NCBI GenBank assembly: GCA_944393455.1
Contig: CALYAH010000140.1
Span: forward strand, 1-36,923
Reading direction: 5' to 3'
Length of the DNA: 36,923 nucleotides
Source: an uncultured Clostridia bacterium
GTDB lineage: Bacteria > Bacillota > Clostridia > TANB77 > CAG-508
Positions within the stretch are counted from its first letter, which is position 1. Every line of letters begins with the position of its first letter. The notes below the pieces were generated by a model. That model worked only from the letters and a program-made list of their open reading frames with translations. It had not been told where the DNA came from and did not search any database. Below, one piece after another: positions 35,547 through 36,923 of the stretch. Position numbers and translations under genes: made by a program.

Positions 35547-36758
35547 CTATTTAAGCATTTCAATAGCTTTTTGTAATTGTGTATCATCTTTTTCTTCCAC
35601 TGTTAAAACATTTTCTACTGTATCTGGCAATTCTACTTTTTCGTCTGGTTCTATTCCTACTTCATTTATCTCAGTTTTATTTGGTGTTAAATATTTTTCT
35701 GATGTTATTTTTAATCCACTTCCATCTGGTAATGTTAATAACTGTTGGATAACACCTTTACCAAATGTCTTAGTTCCAACTATTTTTGCCTTTCCATGAT
35801 CTTTTAATGCTCCTGCTAATATTTCAGATGAACTTGCTGTATTTTCATTTGTTAATAAAATAATTGGCATATTAATGATTGGATCATTTTCAGTTTTTTC
35901 TACTTCTTCATTATTATTTTTGTCAACTTCATATAATATGACAGAATCTTTATCTAATATGTAACCTGCTATTTCTAATGCTTCATCAACAATTCCACCA
36001 CCATTATTTCTTAAGTCAATAATTAATGATTCAATTCCTTGTTTTTGCAATTCTTCAAATTTAGCTTTAAAATCCTCTGCTGTTCCTTCGTCAAAAGAAG
36101 AAAATTCAATATATCCTATTTTATTCTCTAAAACTTTTCCTTCTACTGGATTTACTTTTATATTTTCTCTTTTTAATTCAAAGCTTAAAGTTTCTGTTCC
36201 TCTTAGTATTTCTAATTTTACAGTTGAATCAGTTTCTCCTTTTATTTTATTAGCGGCTACTGTCATTTCTTCAGCTGTATATTGTACCCCATCTATTGAT
36301 ACAATTAAATCTCCTGGCAAAATACCTGCTTTTTCTGCTGGACTTCCTTTAATTGGTGCTAAGACCATTATCTTGTTTGATTCTGTATCTTTTACCATGT
36401 AAATCCCAATTCCAACAAAGTTTCCTGTCGTATCAGCCATATAATCTTCCATATCTTCCTTTGATATGTATTCTGTATAAGGATCATCTAATCCTTCAAT
36501 ATACCCTTTAATTGCTCCTTCTTTTAATTTTTCTTCATCTACTTCTTCTAGGAAATATTTATCAATTATAGCTTTATATTTATCGATTTCATTTTTAATA
36601 TCTCCACTCTCTTTTGAAGAGGTTATTAAATAATTTCCTAAATCACGATTTGTCAAATATTGATACATTCCAATTGATGTAACTAAAAATGTAATAAATG
36701 CTACTAAAACTACTAGCATAATTATTTTATAAGCCCTATATCTTTTATTTTCTTCCAT
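35547..36758 (-). CDS. ctpA: S41 carboxy-terminal processing peptidase
   Basis: N-terminal TM helix, a PDZ domain (GSPAEKAGILPGDLIVSIDG), RNNGGG, the catalytic TASSSEILAGALKD and TFGKGVIQ. Confidence 0.92.
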   Translation of the reverse strand: MEENKRYRAYKIIMLVVLVAFITFLVTSIGMYQYLTNRDLGNYLITSSKESGDIKNEIDKYKAIIDKYFLEEVDEEKLKEGAIKGYIEGLDDPYTEYISKEDMEDYMADTTGNFVGIGIYMVKDTESNKIMVLAPIKGSPAEKAGILPGDLIVSIDGVQYTAEEMTVAANKIKGETDSTVKLEILRGTETLSFELKRENIKVNPVEGKVLENKIGYIEFSSFDEGTAEDFKAKFEELQKQGIESLIIDLRNNGGGIVDEALEIAGYILDKDSVILYEVDKNNNEEVEKTENDPIINMPIILLTNENTASSSEILAGALKDHGKAKIVGTKTFGKGVIQQLLTLPDGSGLKITSEKYLTPNKTEINEVGIEPDEKVELPDTVENVLTVEEKDDTQLQKAIEMLK

Positions 36759-36780
36759 TTTATGTCCTCCAGTTTAAACT

Positions 36781-36800
36781 TGGGCGGAGTTTTCCGCCCA
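36781..36800. other. GC-rich 8-bp stem-loop between the M23 peptidase gene and ctpA
   Basis: TGGGCGGA-GTTT-TCCGCCCA. The T-run (ATATATTTTTATT) is on the plus-strand side although both flanking genes are on the minus strand. Confidence 0.5.
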
Positions 36801-36837
36801 TATATTTTTATTATATGTAATTTATTTTAATACATTA

Positions 36838-36923
36838 CTATGGTAGGTAATTCATTGGATTAACTCTATTAGAGTAATTTCCTGGGCTTCTTCTTACCTC
36901 AAAATGTAAATGTGGTCCAGTTG
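36838..36923 (-). CDS. M23-family peptidase, C-terminal fragment (5' end off the window)
   Basis: Hand translation gives TGPHLHFEVRRSPGNYSNRVNPMNYLP followed by a TAG stop at 36840-36838. The HxH motif is typical of LytM/M23 peptidases. Confidence 0.75.
   Translation of the reverse strand, partial: TGPHLHFEVRRSPGNYSNRVNPMNYLP

Overview
Very AT-rich, densely coded chromosomal segment from a low-GC Gram-positive (Bacillota-type) genome. Evidence for that placement: a T-box leader, WhiA, a FemAB-family gene, an LPxTG-like sortase signal and consensus sigma-A promoters. Almost all genes are on the minus strand and most are housekeeping: lysS (partial), tRNA-Gln, the rpsP-KH-rimM-trmD-rplS and ylxM-ffh operons, a T-box-controlled pheS/pheT operon, eno, recN, hemW, whiA, prmC, ftsH, a DUF1189 membrane protein, alr, a FemX-like transferase, two tandem tRNA-Gly, a HAD phosphatase, pyrG, deoD, greA, pgsA, ctpA and a partial M23 peptidase. 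No transposase, integrase, CRISPR array or rRNA was seen. Points worth a second look: (1) a self-contained two-gene module (27232-28996) pairing a Pol-beta-type nucleotidyltransferase with a Zeta/PezT-like P-loop kinase, with no epsilon/PezA-type antitoxin; this is my best candidate for an undescribed toxin-antitoxin or defence-like system. (2) An orphan MazF/PemK-like gene fused into the recN transcription unit, behind a promoter bracketed by a GTTCGC/GCGAACA inverted repeat. (3) A pheST operon carrying three extra small ORFs and a nested 33-bp palindrome. (4) Two further ~190-210 bp whole-length palindromic intergenic elements, one with a GC-rich core. (5) Two disrupted core genes: pyrG has an in-frame TAA at the conserved GDIE(S) glutamate, and recN is frameshifted. 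(6) An orphan pseudopilin-signal protein with an FGE/SUMF1-like C-terminal domain. All family assignments come from reading motifs by eye; no searches were run.
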